A stretch of DNA of 64,000 nucleotides from Acutalibacteraceae bacterium (GTDB taxonomy: Bacteria; Bacillota; Clostridia; Oscillospirales; Acutalibacteraceae), in the NCBI GenBank assembly GCA_045612765.1, contig JAZKZS010000013.1, forward strand, positions 5,275 through 69,274, given 5' to 3'. The position numbers and the translations under genes were made by a program. Shown here one piece after another: positions 39,168 through 49,651 of this stretch. The number at the start of each line of letters is the position of its first letter. The stretch's first letter is position 1. Below the pieces are notes generated by a model. That model did no database searches and was not told the origin of the DNA. It saw nothing but the letters and a program-made list of their open reading frames with translations.

Positions 39168-40151
39168 TTAACGTTCACTTTTTTGTGGCCTATTCATAAG
39201 GGTTTTTACAACCTCGTTTACAGGCTTTTCTTCATATAAAAGCGCATAACATTCGTTAATAATTGGCAACTCAACACCATATTTTTGTGCTAGCTGATAT
39301 GCCATTTCGGTTGCGTAATAGCCTTCAACCGTGCCTACCTCTTCCAAGGCGGTTTTAACTGATGTGCCGCTACCAACCTTATAACCAAAACGATTATTAC
39401 GGCTGTGGCGTGAGGTACAGGTAACAACCAAGTCACCAATACCGGTAAGTCCCGCAAAGGTATATTCGTTAGCGCCCATACAAACACCTAAGCGTGCCAT
39501 TTCAGAAAGGCCACGTGTTATAAGTGCCGCCTTTGTGTTATCGCCAAGACCAAGACCGTCACAGCAGCCCGCCGCAATAGCAATAACATTTTTTATTGCG
39601 CCGCCAAGTTCAACACCGACAAGGTCGGTAGAGGTGTATACACGAAGGCAACCGCCCGACATTATATCCTGTACTGTCTCGGCCGCAATAATTGAATTAG
39701 AGGTTGCTACAATAGAGGTGGGTATATTACGTGCAACCTCCTCCGCATGAGAGGGACCCGAAAGCGCAACAACCTTTGCAGTTGGTAGTTCTTCCGAAAT
39801 AACTTCGGTTAAAAACTTAAGACTTCCCTTTTCAAAGCCCTTTGAAACATTAACAACAATACCAAAGTTCTTATATGCTGAAAGCTGCTTTGCAACGCTT
39901 CTAACCGCTACTGAAGGGGTCGCAATAATTGTAAGGGTATCACCCTCAACAACCGACATATCGGTAGTGATTTTAATGCCCATAGGTATAACTACACCAC
40001 GAAGCAGCTTTTCGTTTGTACGCTTTTCTAATAAAAGGTCAACCTCATCTTGAAAGGGCGACCAAAGGGTAACGTCGTTACGTTTGTTATATGCAGCAAT
40101 TGCCAAGGCAATGCCCCAACCACCGCTGCCAAGCACTGTGATTTTAGCCAT
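39168..40151 (-). CDS. gpsA: NAD(P)H-dependent glycerol-3-phosphate dehydrogenase
   Basis: Has KITVLGSGGWG and GAIKNVIAIAAG. Confidence 0.95.
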   Translation of the reverse strand: MAKITVLGSGGWGIALAIAAYNKRNDVTLWSPFQDEVDLLLEKRTNEKLLRGVVIPMGIKITTDMSVVEGDTLTIIATPSVAVRSVAKQLSAYKNFGIVVNVSKGFEKGSLKFLTEVISEELPTAKVVALSGPSHAEEVARNIPTSIVATSNSIIAAETVQDIMSGGCLRVYTSTDLVGVELGGAIKNVIAIAAGCCDGLGLGDNTKAALITRGLSEMARLGVCMGANEYTFAGLTGIGDLVVTCTSRHSRNNRFGYKVGSGTSVKTALEEVGTVEGYYATEMAYQLAQKYGVELPIINECYALLYEEKPVNEVVKTLMNRPQKSER

Positions 40152-40800
40152 GCTTTTTACCCCCAAGCTTAACTTTAGATTCGGTACCGTTTAAAAGGCG
40201 CTTAATATTTTCCTTATGCTTGCCAATAACCATTGCGCCCATTACAAGCGCAAGTAAAATTTGCGGTAAAATGCTTGCCGTATTTTCATAAAAAATGATA
40301 GAAAATAATACAACCACAACTGCCGCTAATACCGAGCCTAAAGACACATAGCGTGTAATAATTACACAAAGTATAAACACACTTAATCCGATTATAATTG
40401 CAATTGGGCAACAAACCGCAAAAATACCAACACTGGTTGCAACGCCCTTGCCGCCCTTAAATTCAAAAAATATGGGTAAAATGTGGCCCAGCATACATGC
40501 CGCACCGCAAAGATAAGCGCCGTAAATAGCGTATGACCATTCGCTGTTTGTTTGGGTATGAATATAATCAAATATTGCATAACCCATATATGAAGCGGCG
40601 AAGCCCTTTAAAGCGTCACAAACAAAGGTTAATAGCCCCGGTAAAACACCTGCATTACGCATAACGTTTGTTGCGCCTGCATTACCGCTGCCAAGCTCTC
40701 TAACGTCCTTTTTAAGAAAGCTTTTAGCAAAAATAACCGCAAAGCTAATACTACCAATTAAATATGCCGCAGCAACCGTAACCAAAGCAGTAACTAACAT
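40144..40800 (-). CDS. plsY: glycerol-3-phosphate acyltransferase PlsY
   Basis: Has GSGNAGATNV and FKGGKGVAT motifs. Confidence 0.9.
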   Translation of the reverse strand: MLVTALVTVAAAYLIGSISFAVIFAKSFLKKDVRELGSGNAGATNVMRNAGVLPGLLTFVCDALKGFAASYMGYAIFDYIHTQTNSEWSYAIYGAYLCGAACMLGHILPIFFEFKGGKGVATSVGIFAVCCPIAIIIGLSVFILCVIITRYVSLGSVLAAVVVVLFSIIFYENTASILPQILLALVMGAMVIGKHKENIKRLLNGTESKVKLGGKKHG

Positions 40801-42123
40801 TTACTTGTCGCCCCTTTCGCGAATAACAAACCTTACAGGTGTACCTTCAAGACCAAAGGTAGAACGTATTTGGTTTTCAAGATAACGTTGATATGAGAAA
40901 TGGAACAATTCGGCATTGTTACAAAAACACACAAATGTTGGCGGTTTTGTAGAAGCCTGAGTCATATAATAAATCTTAACGCGCTTACCCTTATCTGACG
41001 GGGGCTGAACACGTGCAGTTGCATCCGCCAAAATATCGTTAAGCTTACCTGTCGAAATCCGCATTGTGTTTTGTTCGCTTACATATTTAATTAAATCAAA
41101 CAAGCGGTCAACCCTTTGCCCTGTTTTAGCCGAAATAAAAATAATCGGGGCGTAAGGCATAAACGAAAAGTCCTTCATAAGCTGTTTGCGGAAGGAATCC
41201 AACGTTTTGCCGTCCTTTTCAACGGCATCCCACTTATTAACGGCAATTATACAAGCCTTACCCTGCTCCATTGCAAGACCGGCAACCTTAGAATCCTGTT
41301 CGGTAAAGCCTTCACAGCCGTCAATCATAATAACGCAAACATCAGCACGTTCAATTGCCATATTAGCACGAAGCACGCTGTATTTTTCGATTTTATCTTC
41401 AACCTTACTTTTACGGCGAAGACCCGCAGTATCAATAAAGTTATATTTAACTCCACCACGTTCAATATGAAGGTCGATGGCATCACGGGTGGTGCCCGCA
41501 ATGTTAGAAACGATTGATCTTTCTTCCCCGGCGATTTGATTTATAAGGGAGGATTTACCCGCATTTGGCTTACCAATAACGGCAACATTTATAATCTCCT
41601 CGTCCTCATCTTCAAATTCTTCAGGCGCAATATGGTCGATTACGGCGTCTAAAAGGTCACCTGTGCCATGACCGTGTACCGAAGAAACTGCAATAGGGTC
41701 ACCAAGACCCAAGTTATAGAATTCGTAAAATTCCATAGGAGTGTCACCAATGTTGTCACACTTATTAACACACAAAACAATTGGCTTGCCACTTTTTTGA
41801 AGCATTGCCGCAACGTCCATATCAGCCGCAGTAACGCCCGACTTTAAATCGGTAACAAAAATAATTACCGAAGCAGTTTCAATAGCCAAATTAGCCTGCG
41901 CACGCATACTTGCAAGAATAATATCGTCAGTTTTAGGTTCGATACCGCCGGTATCAACAAACATCATTTTACGCCCAAGCCATTCACCGTCGCCGTAAAT
42001 ACGGTCACGGGTAACGCCGGGTGTATCGTCAACGATAGAAAGGCGCTTGCCTATAATTTTATTAAATAAAGTAGATTTACCAACGTTTGGACGACCTACA
42101 ACAGCAACTACAGGTTTTGCCAT
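40801..42123 (-). CDS. der: ribosome-biogenesis GTPase Der (EngA)
   Basis: Two G domains (GRPNVGKST and GKPNAGKSS) plus a KH-like C-terminus. Confidence 0.95.
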   Translation of the reverse strand: MAKPVVAVVGRPNVGKSTLFNKIIGKRLSIVDDTPGVTRDRIYGDGEWLGRKMMFVDTGGIEPKTDDIILASMRAQANLAIETASVIIFVTDLKSGVTAADMDVAAMLQKSGKPIVLCVNKCDNIGDTPMEFYEFYNLGLGDPIAVSSVHGHGTGDLLDAVIDHIAPEEFEDEDEEIINVAVIGKPNAGKSSLINQIAGEERSIVSNIAGTTRDAIDLHIERGGVKYNFIDTAGLRRKSKVEDKIEKYSVLRANMAIERADVCVIMIDGCEGFTEQDSKVAGLAMEQGKACIIAVNKWDAVEKDGKTLDSFRKQLMKDFSFMPYAPIIFISAKTGQRVDRLFDLIKYVSEQNTMRISTGKLNDILADATARVQPPSDKGKRVKIYYMTQASTKPPTFVCFCNNAELFHFSYQRYLENQIRSTFGLEGTPVRFVIRERGDK

Positions 42124-43430
42124 ACCGCACCTCCTAAAATATTTTCTACCATGTCATAACCGTCAACCGAAGTAACGGTAATTTTTACACCAAGTTTATT
42201 TGAAAGCTCGTCTACGGTTATGCTGTCCAAAAACATATCCTTTTCAGACCTTAGCATTACGTCGGGAATTATTAGCTCATCCCCTAAATCAACACCTTGT
42301 AATTGGTCGATAATATCGGTTGCGGTAACAAGCCCTGCAACCGTAATTAAAGGGCCGAAAAAGTTATTTTCAATTTTAATAACCTTACCATTTAGATTAT
42401 CCCATTTTTTGCTGATTTTGTCAACAATTTCTGTAATTAATGGATATGCCGCTTTGCCTGTAATTAAAGTAACCTTGCGGTTATTCTTAAGCTCATATTC
42501 ACAGTCGTTTATGGCATCGTCGACTTCTTTTTCTAAAAGCGACCACATACCAACGCCGTTATCAAGCTGTAAAAAATCACCGTAGTAGTCAGCCTTTGGC
42601 ATTTCTCTTTCAGATAAAAGGTAAAATTCATCACTTGCATAAACCCTGCGGCTACCATATTTGTCAAGACATTTATCACCAAAGCGGTTTATAATATCAA
42701 TAGTTTCACCGGCGGTTTGCTTATTAAATGGTTCTAGCTTTGCAAGGCCGTCACGGTATTTTGTAAGCCCCACAGGCACCGCCGCAATACATTCAGCATT
42801 TTCAAGATTTGTCAAATCCTCTAAGGTTCTTTCAAGCTCTTTACCGTCGTTATAGCCGGGGCAAAGCACCATTTGACAATTTATCTTAATGCCTGCATCG
42901 TTAAAGCGGTTTATAATTTCCAAAACGTTACCCGCATTTTTGTTGGTCATCATTTTAACACGCAAATCGGGATTTGTGGTATGCACCGAAATATTAATGG
43001 GGCTTATGTGCATTTTAATAATGCGTTCAACCTCGTGTTCGGTAATATTGGTAAGGGTGATATAGTTACCAAATAAAAATGAAAGGCGTGAATCGTCATC
43101 CTTAAAATAAAGGCTGTCACGCATGCCCTTCGGTAACTGGTCAATAAAACAAAAAACGCATTTGTTAAGGCAAGAATGCTTGTTATCCATTAAATAGGTA
43201 GCAAAATTAAGGCCAAGTTCTTCAAACTCGTCCTTCTTTATACGCTTATTTTTAATTTTCCCTTTACAGTTAATAAACTGAATATTAAGCTTTTGGTTAT
43301 TTTGATAAAAACGATAATCCAAAACGTCCATAATATCATTACCGTTTATTGAAAGTAACGTATCGCCGCTTTTTATACCCGCTTTAAAGGCAGGGCTTCG
43401 CTTTTCTACCGACTGGATTATAACAGACAC
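42108..43430 (-). CDS. DUF512 protein with N-terminal PDZ domain (radical-SAM-like)
   Basis: PDZ region (SPAFKAGIKSGDTLLSING) and CLNKCVFCFIDQLP. It has the conserved position upstream of der. The GTG at 43430 lies 6 nt after GGGGTG, and 43448 has no SD. Confidence 0.75.
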   Translation of the reverse strand: MSVIIQSVEKRSPAFKAGIKSGDTLLSINGNDIMDVLDYRFYQNNQKLNIQFINCKGKIKNKRIKKDEFEELGLNFATYLMDNKHSCLNKCVFCFIDQLPKGMRDSLYFKDDDSRLSFLFGNYITLTNITEHEVERIIKMHISPINISVHTTNPDLRVKMMTNKNAGNVLEIINRFNDAGIKINCQMVLCPGYNDGKELERTLEDLTNLENAECIAAVPVGLTKYRDGLAKLEPFNKQTAGETIDIINRFGDKCLDKYGSRRVYASDEFYLLSEREMPKADYYGDFLQLDNGVGMWSLLEKEVDDAINDCEYELKNNRKVTLITGKAAYPLITEIVDKISKKWDNLNGKVIKIENNFFGPLITVAGLVTATDIIDQLQGVDLGDELIIPDVMLRSEKDMFLDSITVDELSNKLGVKITVTSVDGYDMVENILGGAVWQNL

Positions 43431-43448
43431 ATTCTTCACCCCATTCAC

Positions 43449-43486
43449 AAAAAAACAGAGAGAGAATTTAACCTTCCCCCTCTGTC
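43449..43486 (-). terminator. terminator after rpmF
   Basis: Imperfect stem ACAGAGAGAG/CCCCCTCTGT. On the minus strand it is followed by T7. Confidence 0.6.
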
Positions 43487-43494
43487 AATTTGAA

Positions 43495-43674
43495 TTATTC
43501 GCCAACCTTTACAACTTCACGGCCGTCATACTGACCGCAAGCAGCGCAAAGTCTGTGAGGACGCTTGTAAGCTCCGCAAGCGCACTTTACTAAAGTGGGA
43601 GCGCTTAACTTCCAAACATTATTTCTTCTTTTATCTCTTCTAGCTTTTGAATGCTTTCTCTTTGGTACTGCCAT
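43495..43674 (-). CDS. rpmF: 50S ribosomal protein L32
   Basis: Has MAVPKRKHSKARRDKRR and CxxC...CxxC. Confidence 0.95.
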   Translation of the reverse strand: MAVPKRKHSKARRDKRRNNVWKLSAPTLVKCACGAYKRPHRLCAACGQYDGREVVKVGE

Positions 43675-43705
43675 TTTCAGCACCTCCTTAAATTGATTAA
43701 AAAGT

Positions 43706-44203
43706 TTAATTGTTTAACAGTTCAGCCAGCTTTGCAAGACGTGGGTCTATTTCCCTTGTGTCGCAATTGCAGGCGCCTTCGTTAAGGTTTTTACCACATT
43801 TGTAACAAATGCCCTTGCAATCCTCACTGCAAAGATGCTTAAGCGGCAAATTAACGATTACTTCAGTGTAAAGAAAATCGTCAAGGTCCAACTTCATATC
43901 GGGTACTAAAAGAATCGTATCGCTGTCTTCCCCTTCAATTGAAGTAGCAAGTGACTTTGAAACGTCGACCGAATATATTTTGGAAGTTTCCTTACCGCAA
44001 CGGTCACATAGTGCATCAAACTGAAACTTAACCTCAGCCTGAAACCTTATTAGGCTTGATGTGTTGGAAATACTGCCTGTTATAGTAACGGGTTTTTTGA
44101 GTGGGAAAACACCGCCGTGTTCAACCTGGCTTAAATCCAACGAATACTCAACAGGTAATGAAGAATTTTCATTGACAAAAATGTGTTTTAAATCAATAAC
44201 CAT
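43706..44203 (-). CDS. yceD: YceD family (DUF177) protein
   Basis: C-terminal CSEDCKGICYKCGKNLNEGACNC and a position directly upstream of rpmF. Confidence 0.85.
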   Translation of the reverse strand: MVIDLKHIFVNENSSLPVEYSLDLSQVEHGGVFPLKKPVTITGSISNTSSLIRFQAEVKFQFDALCDRCGKETSKIYSVDVSKSLATSIEGEDSDTILLVPDMKLDLDDFLYTEVIVNLPLKHLCSEDCKGICYKCGKNLNEGACNCDTREIDPRLAKLAELLNN

Positions 44204-44230
44204 ACTTCCACCTCTATCGTCGCAAAGATT

Positions 44231-44259
44231 ATTATATATATTTATAACCGTTTTGTCAA
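44231..44259 (-). promoter_or_regulatory. consensus sigma-A promoter for yceD-rpmF
   Basis: Minus strand reads TTGACA, a 17-nt spacer, then TATAAT. Confidence 0.65.
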
Positions 44260-44356
44260 GGTTTTATTTGTAAAAAAATAGCTAAAAAACAAGCAAAACG
44301 CACCTTGTGTTTATGTTAATAAAACCAAGATGCGCTTATTTACTTTATTTAGTTAA

Positions 44357-44767
44357 TTAATTGCAAACCTCTGCAAAGTCGAAAATCTTCTTTGGAAGCT
44401 CTTCCTTATCAGCAGAAACGGTGAAAATAAATTCAACGTCTTCAATTTTAGCAATTCTTTCAAAGAAATCAGCCAACTTGTCAAAATCTCTGCCACCGAT
44501 GCGAAGAGTAGCGTCGCCAAAGATGTGGGTAATGTCGTGGTTGCCTGCCTTAATGCCTGCTATCATACCAAAGTATTCATCATAACCGTTGATGCCATAG
44601 GTATCAGTGTCAACAAGTCTTGCCTTATATTTAATGGAATAGATAAGAGCATCGCTTTTTTCAATACATACAACGTTACCAAGACTAGTGTCGGCAGCGG
44701 CATTTACCATTTCTGCCAATAATTTAGTTTTGCCCGAACCTTTTTTTCCGATAATGATTTTAATCAT
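44357..44767 (-). CDS. small P-loop NTPase-like protein (136 aa), function unknown
   Basis: Walker A GKKGSGKT at residues 7-14 and a good SD (AAGGAG). I did not recognise a clear Walker B motif or a family. Confidence 0.5.
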   Translation of the reverse strand: MIKIIIGKKGSGKTKLLAEMVNAAADTSLGNVVCIEKSDALIYSIKYKARLVDTDTYGINGYDEYFGMIAGIKAGNHDITHIFGDATLRIGGRDFDKLADFFERIAKIEDVEFIFTVSADKEELPKKIFDFAEVCN

Positions 44768-44818
44768 TTAAAACAACTCCTTTTTTATATAACACTGCAG
44801 ACTGCAGTAATATCTAAA

Positions 44819-46159
44819 TTATTTTGAAAGGCGTGCTTCAAGCTCAGCCTTTTGTGCTTCATAACCTGGTTTGCCAAGAAGTGCAAACATATTCTTTTTA
44901 TAGCTTTCAACACCGGGTTGATCAAAGGGATTAACGCCTAACATATAACCGGAAATTGCACAAGCCTTTTCAAAGAAGTAAATAAGACGACCAAGGTTTT
45001 CTTCGTCTGCCTTTGCAACCTTAATTTCAAGGTTGGGTACGCCACCGTCGGTATGTGCTAAAACGGTACCTTCAAATGCCTTTTGATTTACAAAAGACAT
45101 TGTTTTGCCTGAAAGGAAGTTAAGACCGTCACCGTCGTTTTCTTCCTTTTCAATAACAACGTCAGCAGTGCTTTCGTCAAAGGTTACAACGGTTTCAAAC
45201 ATAAGACGTGCGCCGTCTTGTACGTATTGACCCATTGAGTGAAGGTCGGTTGAGAAGATAAGGGATGCGGGTAAAAGACCCTTGTTATCCTTGCCTTCGC
45301 TTTCGCCGAAGAGCTGCTTAAACCATTCAGCCATTAAAGCAAAGCGAGGTTCATAGCTTACTAAAATTTCAACTGCCTTACCCTTGCGATATAAGGCATT
45401 ACGAAGTGCTGCGTAAAGATAGCAATCGTTTTCGTAAAGGTTTTCGTTTGAATATTCTTCCATAGCCTTTGCAGCGCCTGCCATTAAAGCATCAATATCA
45501 GCGCCGGCAGCAGCGATTGGTAAAAGACCAACTGCAGTAAGAACAGAGAAACGGCCACCAACGTCATCCGGTACTACAAAGCATTCATAGCCCTTTTCGT
45601 CAGCCAACTGCTTGAGTGTGCCACGTGCCTTGTCGGTTGTGCAGTAGATGCGCTTTGCAGCTTCCTCTTCACCGTAGCGTTCCTCCAAAAGCTTTCTGAA
45701 CACACGGAAAGCAATTGCAGGTTCAGTTGTGGTACCTGATTTTGAAATTATGTTCACTGATACGCGCTTGCCTTCGCAAAGCTTTAACATATCGTCAAGA
45801 TAAGAACCGCTTATGTTGTTACCTGCAAAATAAATTTCAGGTGCGTCACCACGAAGATTATTATAATATGGACCCTTTAAGAATTCAATTGCGGCACGTG
45901 CGCCAAGGTAAGAACCGCCAATACCGATAACGATTAAAATATCAGTATCCTTCTTGATTTTTTCAGCCGCTAATTTAATGCGTGCAAATTCTTCCTTATC
46001 ATAATCAACAGGAAGGCTTACCCAACCCAAAAAGTCGTTGCCAAGACCGCTTTTTTCATTTATCATTTTATGGGCAGCGGCAACCTGTGCTTCAAGACCG
46101 ATAAGGTCGTTTTCACGTATAAATTCTTTTGCGTAAGACTTGTTAAATTTAATGGACAT
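44819..46159 (-). CDS. pgi: glucose-6-phosphate isomerase
   Basis: 446 aa containing [12 protein letters not shown]...SKSGTTTEP...GGRFSV. Confidence 0.95.
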   Translation of the reverse strand: MSIKFNKSYAKEFIRENDLIGLEAQVAAAHKMINEKSGLGNDFLGWVSLPVDYDKEEFARIKLAAEKIKKDTDILIVIGIGGSYLGARAAIEFLKGPYYNNLRGDAPEIYFAGNNISGSYLDDMLKLCEGKRVSVNIISKSGTTTEPAIAFRVFRKLLEERYGEEEAAKRIYCTTDKARGTLKQLADEKGYECFVVPDDVGGRFSVLTAVGLLPIAAAGADIDALMAGAAKAMEEYSNENLYENDCYLYAALRNALYRKGKAVEILVSYEPRFALMAEWFKQLFGESEGKDNKGLLPASLIFSTDLHSMGQYVQDGARLMFETVVTFDESTADVVIEKEENDGDGLNFLSGKTMSFVNQKAFEGTVLAHTDGGVPNLEIKVAKADEENLGRLIYFFEKACAISGYMLGVNPFDQPGVESYKKNMFALLGKPGYEAQKAELEARLSK

Positions 46160-46251
46160 TGCTTTTTCACCTATTAGGATTATTCTTTTTTATTATTTTA
46201 CTATATCTTGCAGATATTTTCAAGGGTAAATAGTGAATTATTTACAAAAAA

Positions 46252-47475
46252 TCACAAAATTAATAGTCCTGACATTATACGTTTAAACGATATCCACAAA
46301 TTTAGACCTTTTACTTGGTTATTAGACACAATTTTAATACTTCCAACCGATTTATCACCAACAAAAATATCAACATTGCCAACCACCTGACCTTTTTTTA
46401 CGGGTGCTGTGAGGTCGCTTTTTAGGTTGATTTTTTGGTTTATTTGCTTTGCCTCGCTTTTAGGTAAAAGTAAATTAAGTTTGCCGTCGGCTGAAATTTC
46501 TACATTTTTATTAACACCTTTTTTTACATTTATCTTTGTGGTTTCGCCCAAATCAGCCTCTACCTCGAAAAAGGTATAGTTAGCAAAGCCGTAATCCAAA
46601 AGCTTTTTAGCGCCGTTAAAACGGTCATTGCTGGTTTCCCCCGACATTACAACCGCCACGAGCTCCATACCGTCACGCTGTGCCGTTGCCGAAAGGCAAT
46701 ACCCCGCCGTGCTTGTAGTGCCTGTTTTTAAGCCTGTTGTGCCTTGATAAAAACGCACCAGCTTATTTGTGTTTACAAGCTCGCTTTCACCGTTTCGAAG
46801 GGCGTCCATCCACACGGTAGAATAATCTTTAATAAGGTCGTGCTTTATAAGTTCGCTTGACATGACCGCAACGTCATAAGCGGTGGTTAAATGACCTTCA
46901 GCATCAAGACCGGTGCAATTAATAAAATTTGTATTATTACAGCCAAGCTCCTTTGCGCGTGAATTCATTAGGGCAACAAAGCCTTCCTCACTGCCCGAAA
47001 TAAGCTCACCAAGCGCCACACAGGCATCATTAGCTGAAGCAATAACGGTAGCCTTTAAAAGCTCGTGCACCGTCATAGTTTCATTCGGTTCAAGCCAAAT
47101 TTGCGAACCTCCCATACTGCAGGCGTGTTCGCTTGCGGTAACAACTGTTTCAAGGGTTATATCTCCCCTATCAAGCGCTTCCATAACAAGCAAAAGTGAC
47201 ATTATTTTCGTAATTGATGCGGGGGATAATTTTTCGTCGGAATTGCTTTCATAAAGCACCGTCATTGTGTGAGGTTCCATTAAAATGACCGATTTTGCTT
47301 TAATATCAAGTGTTTGCCCGATTGCCGCATTATTAACCGAAGTATCAATTGGCACATTAATGTCGGATAAGTCACATTCACTTGAAACCGTAGCTGCCGA
47401 AGCGCCTATACAAAGTAAAGAAAACGAAAGCAACAACGATAAAAATATTTTTAAAAATTTAGCCAAAAAAAGCAC
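46252..47475 (-). CDS. D-alanyl-D-alanine carboxypeptidase (second PBP5-family paralog)
   Basis: Signal peptide plus SxxK (ASITKIMS), SxN (ASAND) and KTG (LKTGTT). The start codon is uncertain (GTG 47475 or TTG 47466). Confidence 0.85.
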   Translation of the reverse strand: MLFLAKFLKIFLSLLLSFSLLCIGASAATVSSECDLSDINVPIDTSVNNAAIGQTLDIKAKSVILMEPHTMTVLYESNSDEKLSPASITKIMSLLLVMEALDRGDITLETVVTASEHACSMGGSQIWLEPNETMTVHELLKATVIASANDACVALGELISGSEEGFVALMNSRAKELGCNNTNFINCTGLDAEGHLTTAYDVAVMSSELIKHDLIKDYSTVWMDALRNGESELVNTNKLVRFYQGTTGLKTGTTSTAGYCLSATAQRDGMELVAVVMSGETSNDRFNGAKKLLDYGFANYTFFEVEADLGETTKINVKKGVNKNVEISADGKLNLLLPKSEAKQINQKINLKSDLTAPVKKGQVVGNVDIFVGDKSVGSIKIVSNNQVKGLNLWISFKRIMSGLLIL

Positions 47476-47515
47476 ACCCTTTTATATATTCTATAAAAGG
47501 ATATGCTTTAAAAAA

Positions 47516-48556
47516 TTATTCTATACCGCATACGATAGTGCCGCCGCCAACAACAATATCGCCGTCGTAAAATACCGCTGCTTGTCCGGGGCTGGGTGCA
47601 CGTTGAGGCTCTTGGAATTCAACCAAAACGCCGTTTTTATAGGGCTTTATGGTTGCGGGCTGTTCGGTATGGCGGTAACGAAGCTTACAGTAAACCTGCA
47701 TTTCGCCCTCTAAGTCATCAAATGGTATAAAGTTAAGATTTTCAATATACACCTTATTAAAAAACAGGTGTTTTTCATCACCTATTACGACCTCGTTAGT
47801 GTTTGGATTTTTATCAATAACAAAGGCGGGTTTACCAAGTGCAATGCCAAGACCCTTACGCTGACCGATTGTATAACGGATAACACCCTTGTGCTGACCC
47901 AAAACCTTGCCGTTTATATCAAGATAATTGCCTGTTTGTGATACAAAATCAGCCGTTTTTTCAATAAAAGCGGCATAATCGCCATCGGGCACAAAACAAA
48001 TATCCTGACTGTCTTTTTTATTAGCATTAACAAGGTTTAAGCTTTCGGCGGTTTGGCGCACCTCGTCTTTAGAATGACTAGCCAAAGGGAAAACCGTGCG
48101 GGAAAGCTGTTCTTGTGTTAAGCGGTAAAGCACGTAGCTTTGGTCTTTTGCTTTATCGTCACCACGACAAAGCAAGAAACGACCGTCTTTTTCAATTATT
48201 TTGGCGTAATGCCCCGTTGCAATTTTGTAGCATCCTAGCTCGTTGGCAATCTTTAGCATTTCGCCAAACTTGATTGTACGGTTGCAAACAATACACGGAT
48301 TAGGGGTGCGACCGTTTACATATTCGTTAATAAAATTATCAATTACAAAGCCTTTAAATTCGTTTTTTAAATCAAAAACGGTGTGTTCAATTCCTAGACT
48401 GTCACAAACCGCTTTAGCATCGCTTTGTGATTGGGTTGTATCACCAAAGAGGTCAAGGGTTATGCCCAAAACCTCGTACCCGTCGTTTTGTAAAAGCGAA
48501 GCGCAAACCGAAGAATCCACTCCTCCGCTCATACCAACTAAAACCTTTTGCTTCAA
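47516..48556 (-). CDS. mnmA: tRNA 2-thiouridine(34) synthase
   Basis: PP-loop GMSGGVDSS and typical CNRTIKF. TTG start after GAGGAA. Confidence 0.95.
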   Translation of the reverse strand: MKQKVLVGMSGGVDSSVCASLLQNDGYEVLGITLDLFGDTTQSQSDAKAVCDSLGIEHTVFDLKNEFKGFVIDNFINEYVNGRTPNPCIVCNRTIKFGEMLKIANELGCYKIATGHYAKIIEKDGRFLLCRGDDKAKDQSYVLYRLTQEQLSRTVFPLASHSKDEVRQTAESLNLVNANKKDSQDICFVPDGDYAAFIEKTADFVSQTGNYLDINGKVLGQHKGVIRYTIGQRKGLGIALGKPAFVIDKNPNTNEVVIGDEKHLFFNKVYIENLNFIPFDDLEGEMQVYCKLRYRHTEQPATIKPYKNGVLVEFQEPQRAPSPGQAAVFYDGDIVVGGGTIVCGIE

Positions 48557-48574
48557 AAAAATTCCTCACTTACT

Positions 48575-48605
48575 AAAAAAGGGCCGTTTTCAGCGGCCCT
48601 TTTTA
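48575..48605 (-). terminator. terminator after pfkA (symmetrical)
   Basis: Stem GGGCCG/CGGCCC extended by A:T pairs, flanked by A6 and T5. Confidence 0.7.
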
Positions 48606-48608
48606 ATA

Positions 48609-49568
48609 TTAAATAGATGTGGTATCTGCAACAAGATACATATATTCGTCAAAGGGCTTATTCATATTAAGCGCTTCGTAAATATCATAATTAACAATCT
48701 TGCCAAGCTTGTAAGCAACAACACGGTTGCCGATACCTTCCTTAAGAAGATTTACAGCTTCAAAGCCCATTTGTGATGCGATTACACGGTCACGAACTGT
48801 GGGAGCTCCGCCACGCTGAACGTGACCAAGAATTGTTCCACGGGTTTCAATACCTGTAACAGTTTCGATCTTTTTAGCCATTTCGTCAACGCCGCCAACG
48901 CCTTCAGCAACCATAACGATGAAGTGCTTTTTACCGAGTGCACGTGTACGTTCAATTTTTTCAATTACTTCTTCAATAGTTGTGTCACGTTCGGGAACTA
49001 AAATTGCAACGGCACCAACAGAAAGACCGGTGCGAAGCGCAATATGACCTGCACGACGACCCATAACCTCAACAACACTGCAGCGTGCGTGTGAATCACA
49101 GGTATCACGCAAACGGTCAACCATTTGAATAACAGTGTTCATAGCGGTATCAAAGCCGATAGTATATTCGGTTGAAGAAATGTCATTATCGATTGTTGCG
49201 GGAATACCAACACAAGGAATACCACGAAGTGATAAATCACGTGCGCCGCGGAATGAACCGTCACCGCCGATAACAACAATACCTTCAATGCCGTGCTTTT
49301 TGCAGGTTGCCATAGCGTCTGCAATGCCTTCTTCGGTCTTAAAACGACTGCTACGTGCGCTGTAAAGCATTGTGCCGCCAAGCTGAATAATATCCGAAAC
49401 GTCACGTGCGCCAAGATCAATAACGTCGTCTTCCATAAGACCGTTATAGCCACGGCGAATACCCTTAACGGTCATACCGTTAGAAATAGCAGTGCGAACA
49501 ACCGCGCGAACTGCCGCATTCATACCCGGTGCGTCGCCGCCACTGGTAAGTACGCCTATAGTTTTCAT
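48609..49568 (-). CDS. pfkA: ATP-dependent 6-phosphofructokinase
   Basis: Contains IGVLTSGGDAPGMNAA...GGDGS...TIDNDI...MGR. Confidence 0.95.
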   Translation of the reverse strand: MKTIGVLTSGGDAPGMNAAVRAVVRTAISNGMTVKGIRRGYNGLMEDDVIDLGARDVSDIIQLGGTMLYSARSSRFKTEEGIADAMATCKKHGIEGIVVIGGDGSFRGARDLSLRGIPCVGIPATIDNDISSTEYTIGFDTAMNTVIQMVDRLRDTCDSHARCSVVEVMGRRAGHIALRTGLSVGAVAILVPERDTTIEEVIEKIERTRALGKKHFIVMVAEGVGGVDEMAKKIETVTGIETRGTILGHVQRGGAPTVRDRVIASQMGFEAVNLLKEGIGNRVVAYKLGKIVNYDIYEALNMNKPFDEYMYLVADTTSI

Positions 49569-49611
49569 TATAAATCATCTCCAAGATTATTACAAAAATT
49601 CAGTAACTTAT

Positions 49612-49640
49612 AGTATATACCATAAATTAACTTTTTTCAA
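49612..49640 (-). promoter_or_regulatory. sigma-A type promoter for pfkA
   Basis: Minus strand reads TTGAAA, a 17-nt spacer, then TATACT. Confidence 0.5.
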
Positions 49641-49651
49641 CAAAAATTTTA

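Noticed and set aside
44794-44808. ACTGCAG-A-CTGCAGT palindrome after pgi
   Set aside because: The 1-nt loop makes a real hairpin unlikely, and there is no T-run on either strand. It is not a convincing terminator or operator.
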